Shown: positions 1 through 15,332 of the stretch, in pieces
Numbering within the stretch: position 1 is the first letter of the stretch
How the letters are laid out: every line of letters begins with the position of its first letter
From: Tubiluchus corallicola
Lineage: Eukaryota > Animalia > Priapulida
Direction of reading: 5' to 3'
Assembly: GCA_030141605.1 (NCBI GenBank)
Contig: JAQGDQ010000118.1
Span: 529,174 to 593,173 of the forward strand
Length of the DNA: 64,000 bases
The notes under the pieces: model-generated
What the model was told of the DNA's origin: nothing
Databases searched by the model: none
The model's input: the letters and a program-made list of their open reading frames with translations, nothing else
Translations under genes and position numbers: made by a program

Positions 1-1554
1 AGGCTTTGCATTAAAACAGGCAAGAAAACACTTTGAAATGAAGGCTACAGACAACTTCCTTTAAAATAAAAATATGAAAATAATAATTGCATATAACTGA
101 CATTCGCTACCTCATTAACTTGCGGTAGAACATCATAAAATGCCCTAAGTTTGATTGTAAGCTTTCTCGCCATACTATAGTATTATAGTATTATACTATA
201 GTATTAGTATTAGTTACAACTATCCTCTAGGTGGCACTTCCACTTAACAGACAACTTTAGAGAGAAAACTAAATGTAAAACGCGTGAGAGAAAACGCGTG
301 TTAAAACAAGTAATAGAGGGTTAATAAGAGAGACAATTACGGGCAAAAAGCCTATTTATACAGTTATAGGCTTCACCATGTAGATCTACAGTAATCCACG
401 TAATTCAACAGTAAAACTCTGTTGAAATGTCGAGTATTCGAACACACAGAAACACCGCTATCAGTTCCTTCTTAGTTTTTTATATATTAACAGTTTATTA
501 TTTTTAAGGCCACATCTAAACAGATATTCTTGATATTTAACTTTACTTAACAAGTACGATGCTTAATCGTGACGTTTTATTACTAGTACGACACACTGGC
601 AAGAGTGGAAGCTGCAACAGTTTCAATACTCACTATTTTTCAAAAGTACAAAAAACTTTTCGTAACTTGTATTTACACACAAAATGTTCTTTAATTATTT
701 TGTTTTAATAAAACTGAGTAAAGCTACACAGGCACAATGAGAAATCTTTCAGGAAGGGACTTGAAACAAAGTGCAAAAATTTATAACTGTGACTGCCACC
801 CGGAAAAGCGTTCCGTGAAGCTGGGAATTTGTAGAGACGTTGACGAAACGAAACGAAACCTCTTCCTGTTGTGAATTTCAGCGCTCAGAGTTGTTTACAG
901 ACATGGAAGTTTATTTTCTCCAATAATGTGTCACAAACTCCATTTTGCAAAAAAAGCTTACTTTGTACAAGGAGATTGGGTGAGGAAAGACCGTCGGCCA
1001 TTTAGTCACTCATTCCATAATAATTTAACATTGTAATATCCGAAAAAAGATGACACTGGCTGCAGCTTTAGTTAGTTTCTTAAAGGGAATAATAAAAACA
1101 AAACAATAAACAAAAGAAAAAATATAAAACAAACACAACAAAAATATAATAATAAAAATTTCGGCAATTAATGTCAATGTGAAAAAGGCTAAAATGCGAA
1201 TCACTGAAACTTGGCAACAGGATTACGAATTGTTATTGTAAATATTTCTTTGCTCAGTTGCTCACTAGAGGCATTTGGCATTAATTGCAGCTGTTGAGCA
1301 ACTGCAGACTTACCAAGACAATACATGTCATTATTTTATAGTTACAACAAACGAAGCGAAACTACACCAAGAGACACCAGGAGGGATCTGACCAAGATAC
1401 GGGTTTTAACTAATTTTCCAAATGGATGATAAGTTATTAAGTTTCTAGTGGCAAAGAAATATATCTGACCAATAATTCTTGTCAGTGGGTAAGAACGTTA
1501 AATTCAAATACCATTCCGGCTTTGAGTTTAAATTACACAACAGGTGATCTTTAA

Positions 1555-2140
1555 AGGACAACAAAAGGGATACATAAAGTAGGTTTCAGAAAAATTGCCT
1601 TAAAATTATATTACGTTACAGCAATTAATTTTATGCATACATCTTCCTCGCATTAAGAGGAATTTTTATTTGTTTTCATTTTAAATCCCCGTAATACTAT
1701 ACGTTCTGACGGCGCCATTGCATGACGTCGATCACCTACGCAAACGTAAATCAGGGGAAGAAAAGGCAATGTTAAATTATGTTTTAAAAAGCTTTCTATG
1801 CAAATGTATATTACCTAGCATTTCGCTTACTTTCTGGAAAGACTCAAGTAACTAGAAATAATAATTTCAAATGTCGGAACCAAAACGTGTTTTTATCTTA
1901 TTGACAAAATACAGTGATTTGAAATTTTATTTAGTATCATCTGTGCTACGAATACTCTGATTATTTTTTCAAACTTCACGCGCAGTGCTATCCAAACTTG
2001 TTTCTAAGGACCTACCATTAAACTGGCTGCGCCTAATGGTCGTCGACGCAAGCCCTACATGAAAAAAGGCAGTATGCAAGTGGTATGGAATTTCAAGACG
2101 AATTTTTAAGCTTATTGTAAGTGGAGGGTTTTCTTGTGCT
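1555..2140. mobile_element. Putative Kolobok-like non-autonomous DNA element
   Basis: TTAA on both sides (1551-54, 2141-44); imperfect terminal inverted repeats AGGACAACAAAA...TTTTCTTGTGCT; no ORF. Confidence 0.4.
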
Positions 2141-2443
2141 TTAAGTAATTTTTTAAAACTATAGAAATTTGCTACACGTGTCGTGATTCCATAATTTTAA
2201 TCGAGGAAATGCAATGAAAGTGCAGCTGTAGTAATTCTGCAGAAATAAACATTAAATTCATTCAATCTGTTATCAAACAGTTCACATTGAATTTTAAAGA
2301 TTAATAAAAATTTTAGAATTTGTACGTAAACAAATAGATGATGTATTTAGTTATGTCTTTAACTGGGAGTATTTTAACATTTTGAAATGAAAGCAGGAAA
2401 CTCTGCTGATAGATATATGGACAGTATTAAATAATCATAACTC

Positions 2444-2641
<198 letters not shown>

Positions 2642-3981
2642 TTATTTCACTCCAGCAATACATACACAATACAACAACATACAATATTATTGAAACAAAA
2701 AAAAACAGTATAGGTAAAAAAACGTTGATGAAGTCAAATTAACCAAATAAAAGAGTTGCTGTATGACACCTTGAAAGCTCGGCTTGTTAAGGTGGCACAA
2801 ATGAGTGAATGAAAGAATGGATTGGGTCAGAAGAAATGATGGAATGGAAAAAATAGTAAGATTACGGATAGGAAGAAGAAAGGGAGGGGAGGATGAGTGA
2901 ATGAAAAAATGGTTAGGGTTAGTAGACATGATGGAATGGAAAAAATAGTAAGATTAAGGATAGGATTAAGGAAAAGAGTAGAAGAAACGACCACAGTGTA
3001 TGTTTAATTTACATAGCGGTATATTAAAATAGCATTATAATTGATTGGAGGCCATATATTGCGACTGCATGACTCTTAACAACAAAGCCTGCGAAACTAC
3101 ACCAAAGCAACTGCGGACCGGCGTTACAGCAGCTGGCAGCAAACAATAGAACGTGTACAATATGTGTTGATATATACCCATTACTGCAATCGGCCAGCCA
3201 CTCTAAAATAGAAATAGAAAAAGTAAATAATTATCCATATATAACTCAGCCTGTGATTATTCTGTTTTATTTATAAAAATATTATAAAAACCATACCATA
3301 CCATACCAATATATACGTATACGGCACACGTTATAGACTTAACTCTCACTACATACAGTGCAACACTAATGTCAGAAAATTTTCTATTAAATACAATGGC
3401 CCTTACATATGGAATTCAATTGCTCCAGCTATTAAAAATGCCAACTCGCTGTCCATATTTAAAAAAAATTATAAATGAAACTTACTTGAAACATATAACT
3501 GATCACTCAATCATGATTTGTTGTTTTTCATTTTCAAAAACTTGAATTTGAATTTATATTTGTATATATTGTAATATTGTATCTGTATATATTGTAATTT
3601 TTTCGTAACTAATTCTAGTGGCCTACCATAAGCTAGCTTCTTAGGTCTCTAGCGCAGAATTCATGAATTGTATCATAATTTTGTATTAACAAAAACTTAT
3701 TATCGATGCACACGTAATGTATGTATATGTTTATTGCGAAATAAATCTATTAAATCTAATCTAATCTACCTATAACCCGTCATAAATTATGCCACATAAC
3801 TGGAATATCACAGCGTTGGAGTAAGGCGTAATAGGGATTTTTATTCATCTTCGTACATTTCGCTCAAAAATGGCTGAAAGTGGCAGCTGTTCACAGTATT
3901 AACAGTCTGATCATTAATTTTTGTTCTAAATGCCATTTAAATGTTTAATAAGAATTAACAAAATTTGCATTGTGTTTACAA

Positions 3982-4098
3982 TCTGATGGCGCGTTCAGAC
4001 GTAAGTTGCCAAGCCGTTCACACGAGCGACTTTACTCTCAGAGAGCGGTTGCACAACAAGTTGCGAGATAAGTCTCAACGTCTGAACGCCCCATCAGA
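3982..4098. mobile_element. Short hairpin MITE (Harbinger-like ends)
   Basis: About 20-bp inverted repeats TCTGATGGCGCGTTCAGACG / CGTCTGAACGCCCCATCAGA. Loosely similar CAGACTAGC-type sequences occur near 31750 and 40590. Confidence 0.55.
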
Positions 4099-5929
4099 GA
4101 GAAGTTGTGCATCAGTAAGAAACAAAGCTAATCATTGGCTTTCAGTTTGGAAACAAAACGTTCAGACGAATTTAGGAAGTAATCAACACTCATTCCTGGC
4201 ATGTAGAACGCCAGGTGTTACAACAAAACTTCCTTCTTTCTTTATGGTCAGAAAATGAATAGTAAATTAATGAATGAGTCAATCAACGACTGTTTTGTTG
4301 TCTGCAAATTTAAACAAAATGATAGATCTTACCTTCCTTGATGTTTTACTATATTAGTATTGCTTTCTAATGATCTGCAATATGTGGTCGTTGCCGCTTT
4401 GGGTATCACCAAAACTCTGGCAACTGACACGGGTTGGAGCAGGTCACTTTTATGCATCATGGGCTTAACAGTAATGAACTGACAGTTCATTAAAGGTTTA
4501 AATTCACATAACGATTAAATTTCTCTACTAATAACAAGTTTGTACTGAACAGTCATCTTAGGAACACGCCCTTTTTCGCTCTCGTTCTTGAAACATCAAG
4601 GAACTTATACACCACTGAGGTCCTGATAATTCTTTGCTCAATAAGTTACCATAATTTGGCCTAAACCCTGAACTTCGCCATAAAGGTCGCGTGGTTTGTG
4701 TAATCAGAGCCTGCTTCTGCTATTATCTGCTCTTACGTGTCCTGTTTCGCGAAGCCCGTTAACAACATGTATTTTGTTGCAAATTAACTGCAAATTATAA
4801 CTGTTGTTGCAGCCATTCGTTTGTTATTACTTGCGACCATGAGGTCTTTCACACTTCTTACAGTTATCTGGCTAATGATAATAATGATGGGCCACTGTAG
4901 CGATGCTTGGCTGCATGTCTGTAAAGCTGTGTGTGAATGTCATGCAGTTGACGTCTCATTTGATTTCAATAGATGTCGAGAGATTTGTAAAAGGCTTAAT
5001 CGAAAAGAAATAATATTTATACTAATTATACTTTCGTAATTATATTTATACTTTCCCGGACCCAACTCGCGATTTTTTCGAAATTTTGACCAAACAGCAT
5101 GCGAAAAAAACGTTCTAGCGGCGCCTGGTTGCACTCTCAGAAGAGATATATAGCTGTTTAGAAAGAGGAAGAACAGGGCTACACGATGATGTCGGCTATA
5201 TTTTAGGATAGGTCCACCAAAAGGAGTACCGACGAGTTAATTAGATTTTCTATTTTCGGTAATTTCTGCTTAGAAAACTGCTGGCGCAAAGCCATTGTTG
5301 TGACGTCATCCATTATACTCTGCCTTTAACCTTATAACCTTAATTCAGTAAAAGCTGCTACTGGCTATGCGTTAGATAAACAGACAAACACTAGGTAGGA
5401 TGTTCGCGCACTGTTGATTATAAGTGTATTTATACGCAAAATTTTTTGCGGGGCCTTTGCTAGTTTATACTAATTTTACAATTTAATTTTACAATTTATT
5501 TATAATTTATTGGCTGTGCAAACGTAGAAGAGCACAAGCTCATTAAGTATAAAATACCAAGAAGAAATATAAGAAGAAAATGGCACCAAAAACACTAAAA
5601 ACACTAAAAACAACGTCAAACCCCCATAAAAATTTGCACACCTAAAAAACTCCTTGAATAAAATCTGGATAAAATGATTTGGATTTGTTATAACTTGTGT
5701 CACTGGCATATCTCACAAAAGCTGTCATCAATAAACAATTATTACTATCATTCCAACGAGCAAAAACAAAAAAAGCATTGTTAGAATTCTTTAAGAACTT
5801 ATTTATTTATTATTCGCAATGACACTAATAAAGACACAAAATTTACAACGTAACTGAACGTAAGAATTACTTCCGTCTCATAAGGAATTAGTAATTTGAT
5901 GAGTCTAAAGTCTGCTGCATGGTGACTAA

Positions 5930-6520
5930 GAGGACGACCTTGTCAAATCCCCATGATAAATTACGTAGTGGTTAGTTGAACGGAATCGAGAAGAGAATAT
6001 AATCAGTAAAAAGCCAGGGCCATTTTACCGTAATGCTTTTTTGCGATAATTCTGCGGGTTGTGCAGAATAAGGCTGAGGCTCTTAGTTAATGATTCCCAC
6101 TGATATGATGGTATTTTAGAACAGCAATATCGGTAATGATCTTATCGATCAGTGTAGCACTTGATTCAAAAATTCCGCGTAGACTTAATTTTGATGATAA
6201 AATGACATACTACTCGGCACCCATTTGTTAACTGCCCGTGTTTTTTTCTTTCCTCAAATGGCAAATGCTTAAGCCAGAACATTTTCCAGAACAAGTTTAA
6301 CCTGCTGGAAGAGCAGAATCGTATTGCTCAATCAGCAGGGTGATTACAGCGCTTCGGGGTAGGTTATGCAACAGTGTAAAAACCTATAATAGATGCAACG
6401 AGACAGTTGTGACATTTAGTTTGTAGGCACTGTTAACAATTGCAAAGTTCAGAATCGCCATTTATTGTCACTTTTCACCACAAAAGCTGCCCGAGTGACT
6501 AAGTACAGGTGTATACTTGC
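5930..6520 (-). pseudogene. Highly degenerate LINE APE-endonuclease relic
   Basis: Minus-strand fragment reads SSATLIDKIITDI...ISGNH, resembling the LINE endonuclease TLID...SDH motif; interrupted by stops. Confidence 0.3.
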
Positions 6521-6688
6521 TGAGCATGGTAAGAACCAAGAATTATTTTTTAAATACATTTATTACAAGTTATGTATATATTAATTCTACTGATATATAT
6601 ATATATAAGATTCGAGGCTACAGCTTCGACGACGGCACCATTTGCGGCGATTTATACATTAGACGAATGGTCTCGATCTAGTTTTAAT

Positions 6689-7132
6689 TAGGGGTGAGCA
6701 TTAGGGCTCTACCAGAAAGCGAATTCGAATCGAACAGAATTTGTGACTTTCGAATTCGAATCGAACCGAACTTCAGTGTTTCAAATTCGAACCGAATTCG
6801 AATTGAGATTGAACGATTTTCGAACAAGTTTTCGAACCACCAGTAAAAATTAGTCTTACAAAGATCATGCATGTCACTAGATTTTGTTCTGCAATAAAAC
6901 GACTAGTAATTTGTTTAAAATTGTGTGCAGAAATAACAACTAAATTATGCTAATTGCATGTTGTTTCAATCGTTTTAGTGATCAGGAACATATGTGATTG
7001 AAGTGCTGAATTATTCGAATCTATAGTTTTGGATTCGAATCGAGTTCGAACTAAAAAAACTCGTTCGAATCGAATTCGAGCGTTCGAATTCGATTCGAAT
7101 GTACGAACTCGAACGTTCGATGCTCACCCCTA
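6689..7132. mobile_element. hAT-type MITE with TTCGAA-rich subterminal repeats (copy 1)
   Basis: TIR TAGGGGTGAGCAT...ATGCTCACCCCTA; perfect 8-bp TSD GTTTTAAT (6681-88 and 7133-40); second copy at 22337-22700. Confidence 0.9.
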
Positions 7133-7745
7133 GTTTTAATATTCCTATAATTACAGAGAAAGAGCTTTCTCTGTGTAGACATGCCAAAAGTAGATGTATG
7201 TATAAAGTTGTTTTGGATCGTGTGTGATGAGTGTGTCTGCATCTGCACATATATACGCCATAATGTCAGTGGTCGAATTGTTCAAGTTACAGGAAAATAC
7301 ATCTTTATTATAAAATACTCTTGAAAAAGTAATTTACACGTGTAACAATAATGTATATACCTTATATCTTAACTGAGACAGTAACAGAACTTAATTTATA
7401 TATTCCAGAACAGTCTTGTGCAGAGATCTTAGTGCATATTCTTTCATCCCATCACAGGTTTCCCAATTATCAAATGCCCGATACTGTGGGTTTTTATCCC
7501 TTCTCTGTGGGTCTGAGCTACTGAAATTTAGTTAGAGGCGGATACTAATTTGTTTTGTCTAACCGCCAAAATTTTGTGAGGAAACTTCACTGATACTGTT
7601 AACATCTATATAAGCGATACAAATAGGCCATCGACTTGCTGGCTTCTTTGCCCTATTCGTGTACAACATACCACCACATAATATAGATTTTAACAGTAAA
7701 ATTTGCAAGACTGCTGTTCTATAAATATATGAGTAAAGAGAACCT

Positions 7746-8102
7746 GTTAAGTTATGCTAAAAGCAGCAGATTATGATAAATAATTATGTTGATAGATGCT
7801 GGTATGATGAAGCCAGTTAAGGAGTGGTGTCACGTGATTACGTGATCTAGGAATTGAGGTGCCGGGGCACCGCGCACGATATATAAAGTGTGCGAGGCCT
7901 CCAGCTGGGGAAATTAGTCTTAGATTGAGTCTGGGAGCCGGAGGGTACAGATCAGGGGCTTTTGGCATTGCTATCTATTATATTTATTGTGTTGATGTTT
8001 AATAAACGTGTCATTTTATAATCAGACTCTTGATAGCTTTGCCATTCCTCAAGCTTCAATAAGCAGCTACACACAACCAATACAACGCAATATCCACTAT
8101 AC
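7746..8102 (+). mobile_element. Possible solo LTR
   Basis: TG start, CA end, TATA-like ATATATAAA and AATAAACGTG. Shares TTAAG..GTCACG and TAATAAACGTG with 55830-56112. No clean TSD. Confidence 0.35.
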
Positions 8103-9019
8103 AACCAAATTAATTTTACTATATGCAGTCGTGACTGTTAGGAGGAATGGGTGGGGAGGTACGGTGTGCACTTTCTTCTGTAATAATACAGTGCGTTTGA
8201 TGCAATTATCGTGTTGCCTAGATTAGAATCATCATTAAGTCTCGTGTCATGTTGACACAGTCAACATGCGAACCAATAACTCCATGATCGACACTCACAA
8301 ATATCGTGACTAAACAGAAGGCTGTATCATCACGCTAAAGATGGCACCACTGGAATCACAGAGTTTTTGATAACGCTTGAATTTTTTTTATTTAACGCAG
8401 CAAATTTGAAAAATTCGGCATATCATTTACAGGATCTTTGGTAGCTGACTTGGTTTAATGAAACAGTCGCTTAAACAATTAATGCTACATATTAGTATTT
8501 TATTTATCGTGTTCCAACGTGCAATGTGTCAACAGAGACTTACCGCTTTGAAACTGATTAAATTTGCCACAAGTGCTTTGGCGGTAATAAATTTGCATGA
8601 TAATGAAGCTGTGCTGGGATACAAACACATAAATTGACACGGCTGCGATAAGCTGTCAAATTACGGCAAATTATGGGCTTCTAGCTAGCATACAACCCTT
8701 AAGGTACTGAAATACGAGAAACCAACGATTTTTGATTCTCGCTATTAAGAATAAGCCGTAATCAATAGCGGCGACGACGACACTGCTGACAACGACGACG
8801 ACCATGTCAACGCCAACGCTAATGCTAATGCTAACAACAATGCCAACACCAACGACAACGACAACAGTTGCAGAAACAGCAATAACAACAATAATAACGA
8901 TAACATCACCAATAAACAACATTGCACATAATGGAGAACCTCTTTGGTCTAACAAATACGGGGCTGTCTGCTCAATTCGTATTCGGCTCTATGCCAGCAC
9001 AAAAGAAAAAGTATAATAT

Positions 9020-10616
9020 TGTTACGAAGGCAGATTTTGACCAACCCCCTAATGTTAGTAATGGGTATGGTTGAGAAGCCCAGTAATGCAAATGTACCTG
9101 TATAAAATAGAATGCATGCCGTAATTTGACGATTCCAACCTGGCCTTTCTGTCTGCAAGTGTGAATCCTGTAGGCTTGCTAATTTTTATACAAAAGTCTG
9201 TTCACATGTCATGGAGCCACTGGTTGTGCATTAAAGTTTATTTTACATTCGTATTCTTTTTACTTTTCTCGTCTGCTGTAAAGTATTTCATAACTTGTAT
9301 GCCGCTCTATACATCCTGAGACGGATCCGCACTGGAACCCGGATCCGTTACACTGGTGTCAGAAGTGGGATCCGAAATTGCCACTTGGAATGGATCGACA
9401 TTATTGGGTGTAGTAAGTGCTGCATTTTGCTTTAGGCAGACAGCTTGTCTGTACTACTCGGCGTGTTTTTTGTGTTTTTGTAGACAGTTTCGTGTTTTTA
9501 CCTTTTATGTTGAAAGGCAATTGAACGGCCTTTGTGCGACAGGCAGCATCGGCCTTAGCTTAAACAATTCTACGTTTTTATCAGGTTTCCAATGAGGCGA
9601 TAATAGCCCGTATTTAGGAATAGGCGACGTACAGCCATTTTGTAACTTTGCATGTAAAGCGAGTCACCGTAGTTTTCGCGTGTTCTGTAATGGCTAGAGA
9701 TGCCAGAATACGCTTTTCAACATAGGGCTATGTTGCGTTCAGTCAGCTAAGATTATGCAGTTGTGAACACTTGATGCTCGTCTTTTAACTGTATGTCACT
9801 GGTCAGAGTTGAACCAGTTTTCGGTAGCTTTTGTCAAAGCCAGAACGTTGAAGCAGTTAAAATCGTTTTCCTCTACTTTGCTGTACAGCAGTACCTTGTC
9901 TGTAAATTTGTTGCGTCTTTATTCCTCTTTATGTGCCGAGTCTGTTGCAGTAATCTTGTCAGTAAGTCTATCTCGTCCACTCAGGAAAGTCAAGTTCGAA
10001 ACTCGATTGCCACACGAGTCCATTATGCAGTACCGCCAAAGAAACGGCTTATGGCTGGGAGTACAATACAGTTGTTGTAGCAGATGGCTGGAGTACCTAC
10101 AGTTTCACGATGGAGAAACCTTCGCAAGTATCGCAAGACAGATGGTTCGAATCCCTACCAACACCCCAGGAGAACTTCTATAGTGGAATGCTCTTCAATT
10201 TTGATTATTTTTGATGTGATATTTTTTCGGTTCAACTGGAGTGTTTAATTGCATTTGTTGTAACTCATTTGTGGACAAATGTTACGAAGGCAGATTATGA
10301 CCAACCCCCTAATGTTAGTAAATGGGTATGGTCGAGAAGCCCAGTAATGCAAATGTATCTGTATAAAACAGAATGCATGCCATAATTTGACGATTCCAAC
10401 CTGGCCTTTGTATAACACAAAGTCTGTTCACATGTCATGGAGCCTACTTTTCTCGTCTGCTGTAAAGTATTTCATAACTTGTATGCCGCTCTATACATCC
10501 TGAGACGGATCCGCGCTGGAACCCGGATCCGTTACACTGGTGTCAGAAGTGGGATCCGAAATTGCCGCTCTATACATCCTGAGACGGATCCGCGCTGGAA
10601 CCCCGGATCCGTTACA
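9020..10616 (+). mobile_element. Non-autonomous LTR element (LTR-PBS-internal-LTR-PBS-partial LTR)
   Basis: LTR1 TGTTACG...GTTACA at 9020-9352; PBS TGGTGTCAGAAGTGGGAT (tRNA-Leu 3' complement); LTR2 at about 10280-10535 with internal deletions; repeated PBS plus LTR 3' end; 4-bp TSD ATAT (9016-19, 10617-20). Confidence 0.85.
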
Positions 10617-11795
10617 ATATTGTAATTTCATAATTTACAACGTGCCGGTTGTCAGCAGATTAGATTAGATTAGATTACATTAGATTAGATTTATTCGTCT
10701 GATTTAAATTTACACATATAATAAGAGATAAACACTCCGATGATAAACGCTACATTGACACAGTAGCACAAGACTTTTAACAGTTAACAAACTGAAAAAT
10801 CAATCAGTCACAGTTTTACAACATTTACAACAATAGTGTAATAATATAGCGTATTAAAATCGAGATGTAGTAAGTAGTTATGCCAATTATAGTGCTGCAT
10901 TATATCCAATTGCTGTGATGAATAACCACAATTAGCAGACCAACAAAAAATACAAGGCATACAAACGATTTAAATTTTTGAAAGCAATTTTTCAATCACA
11001 ATTACCTATATAATAATTACTCAGACGTTGTGTATGTGTATTTTCTATTCTGTGGTTCAGTCTCAAGTGGCGTGTATGTAGCATTCAGAATGCGTATGGG
11101 TTAATGGGAGGGGGAGGGGGGCTTTGTATATAAACATGATTTATATTGTCTTCAATGTGGCCGTTTGTCAGACCTGCGTTGTGCGGTATTTTGTTCTGCA
11201 GGTATTTTCTGTTGATTTCGCAGCTATTCTGCAGTTGGATAAGAAGGCATAACGCGTTCCGGATGCTACTATGGGCAATGGAATAGGTGGGAGAGCTGTT
11301 ACTGAATTAAACTTTGCCCACAATTATTAAGCCTGTTAGCTTTTTCAATCAAATAAAAAAACAATCATTAACAAATCACGAGGAATTATATTATAACATC
11401 TATACTATCAGGTACATAGATAACATAATTATCAATAGTGAAATAACATAATTATAAATACTGAAAGAGCACTATACTAAAACACAACGGAACATAGCCT
11501 GGCTAGCTCACAGGTCTAAATATTCAAGGCAGACCTGTCATACACAGCTTAAATACAGAAAACTAGAACACTATTAATGTAAAAGGTCATTCAGAAGCAA
11601 ATAAGTACAGTAAGTTAGAGGGAAATTTAAGCTATATCATTGCTGTTACAAGCCTAAAAAAGGGGAGAAATGAGATGAAGAGATGAGCAAGAAGATACGA
11701 TGTAATATTTAAGAGTTAATCGACGCGAAGTAATTAAGGCGAACTTGGCGACATCCTACACAAACGCCATTTAAGGCGCAAAAACGTACCCTGCG

Positions 11796-11908
11796 CAGGG
11801 CCTATTTCAGGGGGTAGTGGGGATACTTCCCCGGGGCCTCACCTTCCAGGGGGCCTCGCGTCAAGGTAACTTTTGCTTTAAGCGAACATACTGCCTCCCT
11901 GGAACATA

Positions 11909-12004
<96 letters not shown>

Positions 12005-12243
12005 CGCACGCGCGCCGTTTACCAGTATTGACAAGTATTAGAACTGATGTTAAGAATAAAGCAGTTTTTCTTTCAATTGTTCTTTCCATTAACAACTGTA
12101 TAACTTCATATTTTCTCTTCGAAAACGCTTCTCGGCGTTCTAGCAGTTCAAAAATTTTCTGGGCGCCAACCATGGTGGCGATCCCGAGGGAGGGCCTCAC
12201 GCGCCCACTTCCCCGGGCCTCGCTTAGGCTGAAATAGGCCCTG
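11796..12243. mobile_element. hAT-type MITE containing a (CT)n tract
   Basis: TIR CAGGGCCTATTTCAG / CTGAAATAGGCCCTG; near-identical 8-bp TSD ACCCTGCG / ACCTTGCG; (CT)n at about 11912-12002. Confidence 0.85.
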
Positions 12244-12910
12244 ACCTTGCGATCATCATAATAATGCTCCAAATTCTACAGTAAATATAGTATGACGTGA
12301 CGAAACTTTTGCAGTCAGTTGATACGGATTTTCTACACTAACCTTCATTCAGAATTCGAATAACTAGTTAAGTGAAAAGGAGATGCTAAGTTTAATCAGC
12401 CAGCGAGCTAATTAGTCGGTCAACTAATAACTAGAAAGTCGATAGATTAGTTAGTAAGTTAGCTAATCAGTGAGTATCCAGTCAGTTGTTAAGTTAGCTG
12501 TTCAAGCGAATCGCGCCAGTTCATCAGCTAGTGGTTTGCTAAACAGACAGACAGACAGACAGACAGACACTAAAACACTCCATGAAAGCCAGTCAGTTAT
12601 GGCAGTCTACCAGACTATCACTTACTGTTAAGCAAGTCGTGTGTGTGGACGTACCGTCTATTAGCAGTCATTGCAAATTACTGGGCTAATCAACGAAGCC
12701 AACAGAGACATGAAACTACTAATGACTATTTGGTCGTGCATTTGGCAATTTGTGTGGTACAATATCGTTCTGGCCCTGAGGTGTTTTACCACTCCAGACA
12801 TTGATCCGTCATGCATAGTGACTGTCCATCACACGAATCAATTTTATAATATAATGTAACATTATAATATAATTTTCATATTTAAATATCGTAGTTTAGT
12901 TTGTGGTACA

Positions 12911-13622
<712 letters not shown>

Positions 13623-14072
13623 TATATATATATATTGTATGATTTAAAATTTGTTATCGTCATCTAGCTTCTCTTGTACTGCATTGTATTGTATTCCGTT
13701 TGTAATGTATTACAATTCATTGTATAATTTTAGGGTGGTGGATCGTCTAAAATTGATAGACGTTCTCTTTATCAGTATCAGTTATCAGTATTTGTTATCA
13801 GTGTCAGTATTGATATACTGATAGTACTTCTCGAGCAAACGTTTTTATTCATACTCTAAAACCAGTTTGAGCTAATATAGCAACGTTGTACAATGCAATC
13901 CAGTTTTTAAGGACTGAATCTACATTATGTAGGTAGCTGTGTGTGGCAGGACTGGAATATATCTGATTGGCATGATCTTCAGCGGACTGGATTAGGCATC
14001 TGAATCAGGTTCCTATGTGAAAAAACCCCAGCATACGAAACAGAATCAGCACAGTGAATGAAACCGCCCACC

Positions 14073-14290
14073 AGGGGCCGATTATGTCCTTTTGGGGCAC
14101 ATGTAGCCTAACGAAATTGTGGGATTCCCTCAGACGGAGGCACTCTCCAACTCGTCTGCTACCTGTCTTGAATAGTTTTTACTCGTGATATATTTTAGCA
14201 ACATTTACATACCTTGAAGCAAACTTATTGAAAATTATTTAATTAAACTAAAATAGATATATTTTGTTTGTCAATAAAACATTGTTTGTC
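14073..14290. repeat. Dispersed repeat / MITE fragment
   Basis: CAGGGGCCGATTATG... with internal similarity (TTTTACTCGTGA, AAACTTATTG) to 22745-22960. Confidence 0.5.
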
Positions 14291-14291
14291 A

Positions 14292-14337
<46 letters not shown>

Positions 14338-14833
14338 AGACTACAGATAAAACCGTCTTGGTGGGTTAATCACTGAAATATTACCATCACATAATCTGCA
14401 GCATGTATATACATATTTCGATTTTTTAGTAGACAGTTTAAAAACTTAAACGTTAGTAGTAGACATAACTGGTAGATTATCCTTACTTTTTTCACCGCGA
14501 ATTTAAACTTTTTTAATTATTTTTTTATACTTTCTACTCTAAACGAATTTAATTGTTTTTTTATGAGCAACAGAATAATAACAGAATATCAACAGTATTT
14601 TCTTGTATATAGTTTTAGTGATATGTTTGGAAATGTCATAATGTATAAGCTTGTTACGTAATAAGAAAGTGAAGGTTGGCTGATTATAATAATCTTAAGG
14701 CTAACGACAAGTAATGTTAATTCAGTAACGTAAGATTGCATCGGCCTTGTTAACGGCTAACGAGTCATAATCACTTAGTGAGTCAATCAGTGAGTCATGG
14801 TCAACAGTGTCCACACCTAATGTTACTTTAGAG

Positions 14834-15332
14834 CAGGGGTATGCAAATTGCGGCCCGCGGGCCACTTGCGGCCCGACCAGAGAATTTGTGCGGCCCGCAA
14901 AGAGATTTGTCAACCTAATGAAAGTGTGGCCCGGGCGATTAATTGAGTGTATCCAGCTGAAGTTCGTGCCACGATCCCAAAGATAGTGCGGGTAGTTTTT
15001 TCTACTAGATCGGATGCCATTAACCCTTACAAGACGGTTGTAGCTTAATGTCACCTTACTACACAGACTGTGTGATGCACATTACTAATATGCATTGTAA
15101 TGAAATTACCACTATCTGTCCTGAAAGTAGAAATATATGGTTTGTAATATAAATTTTAATAACTTCTAAAATAGTTTCTTGAGTATAGTAGTGATGATGT
15201 ACGCAGCTCGGATGCAAAAAATTGTTATCAGGCCTTTCTGAACTTGGCTCCTTGATCAAACTGCCTGTGGTCCGCAGGAATTGCGGGAAAGTTTAATGTG
15301 GCCCGGCTGGTGAGATCATTTGCACACCCCTG
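14834..15332. mobile_element. hAT (Charlie-like) MITE, copy 1
   Basis: TIR CAGGGGTATGCAAAT / ATTTGCACACCCCTG; GCGGCCC subterminal motifs; perfect 8-bp TSD CTTTAGAG; inverted copy at 31976-32476. Confidence 0.92.

Noticed and set aside
8671-9016. Hydrophobic or Thr-rich ORFs resembling a membrane or mucin protein
   Set aside because: Degenerate (AAC/GAC/AAT)n low-complexity tract with no recognisable domain or convincing splice context.
9354-9378. tRNA-Leu gene fragment
   Set aside because: Only the ~18-nt complement of the tRNA 3' end, directly after an LTR, so it is a primer-binding site.
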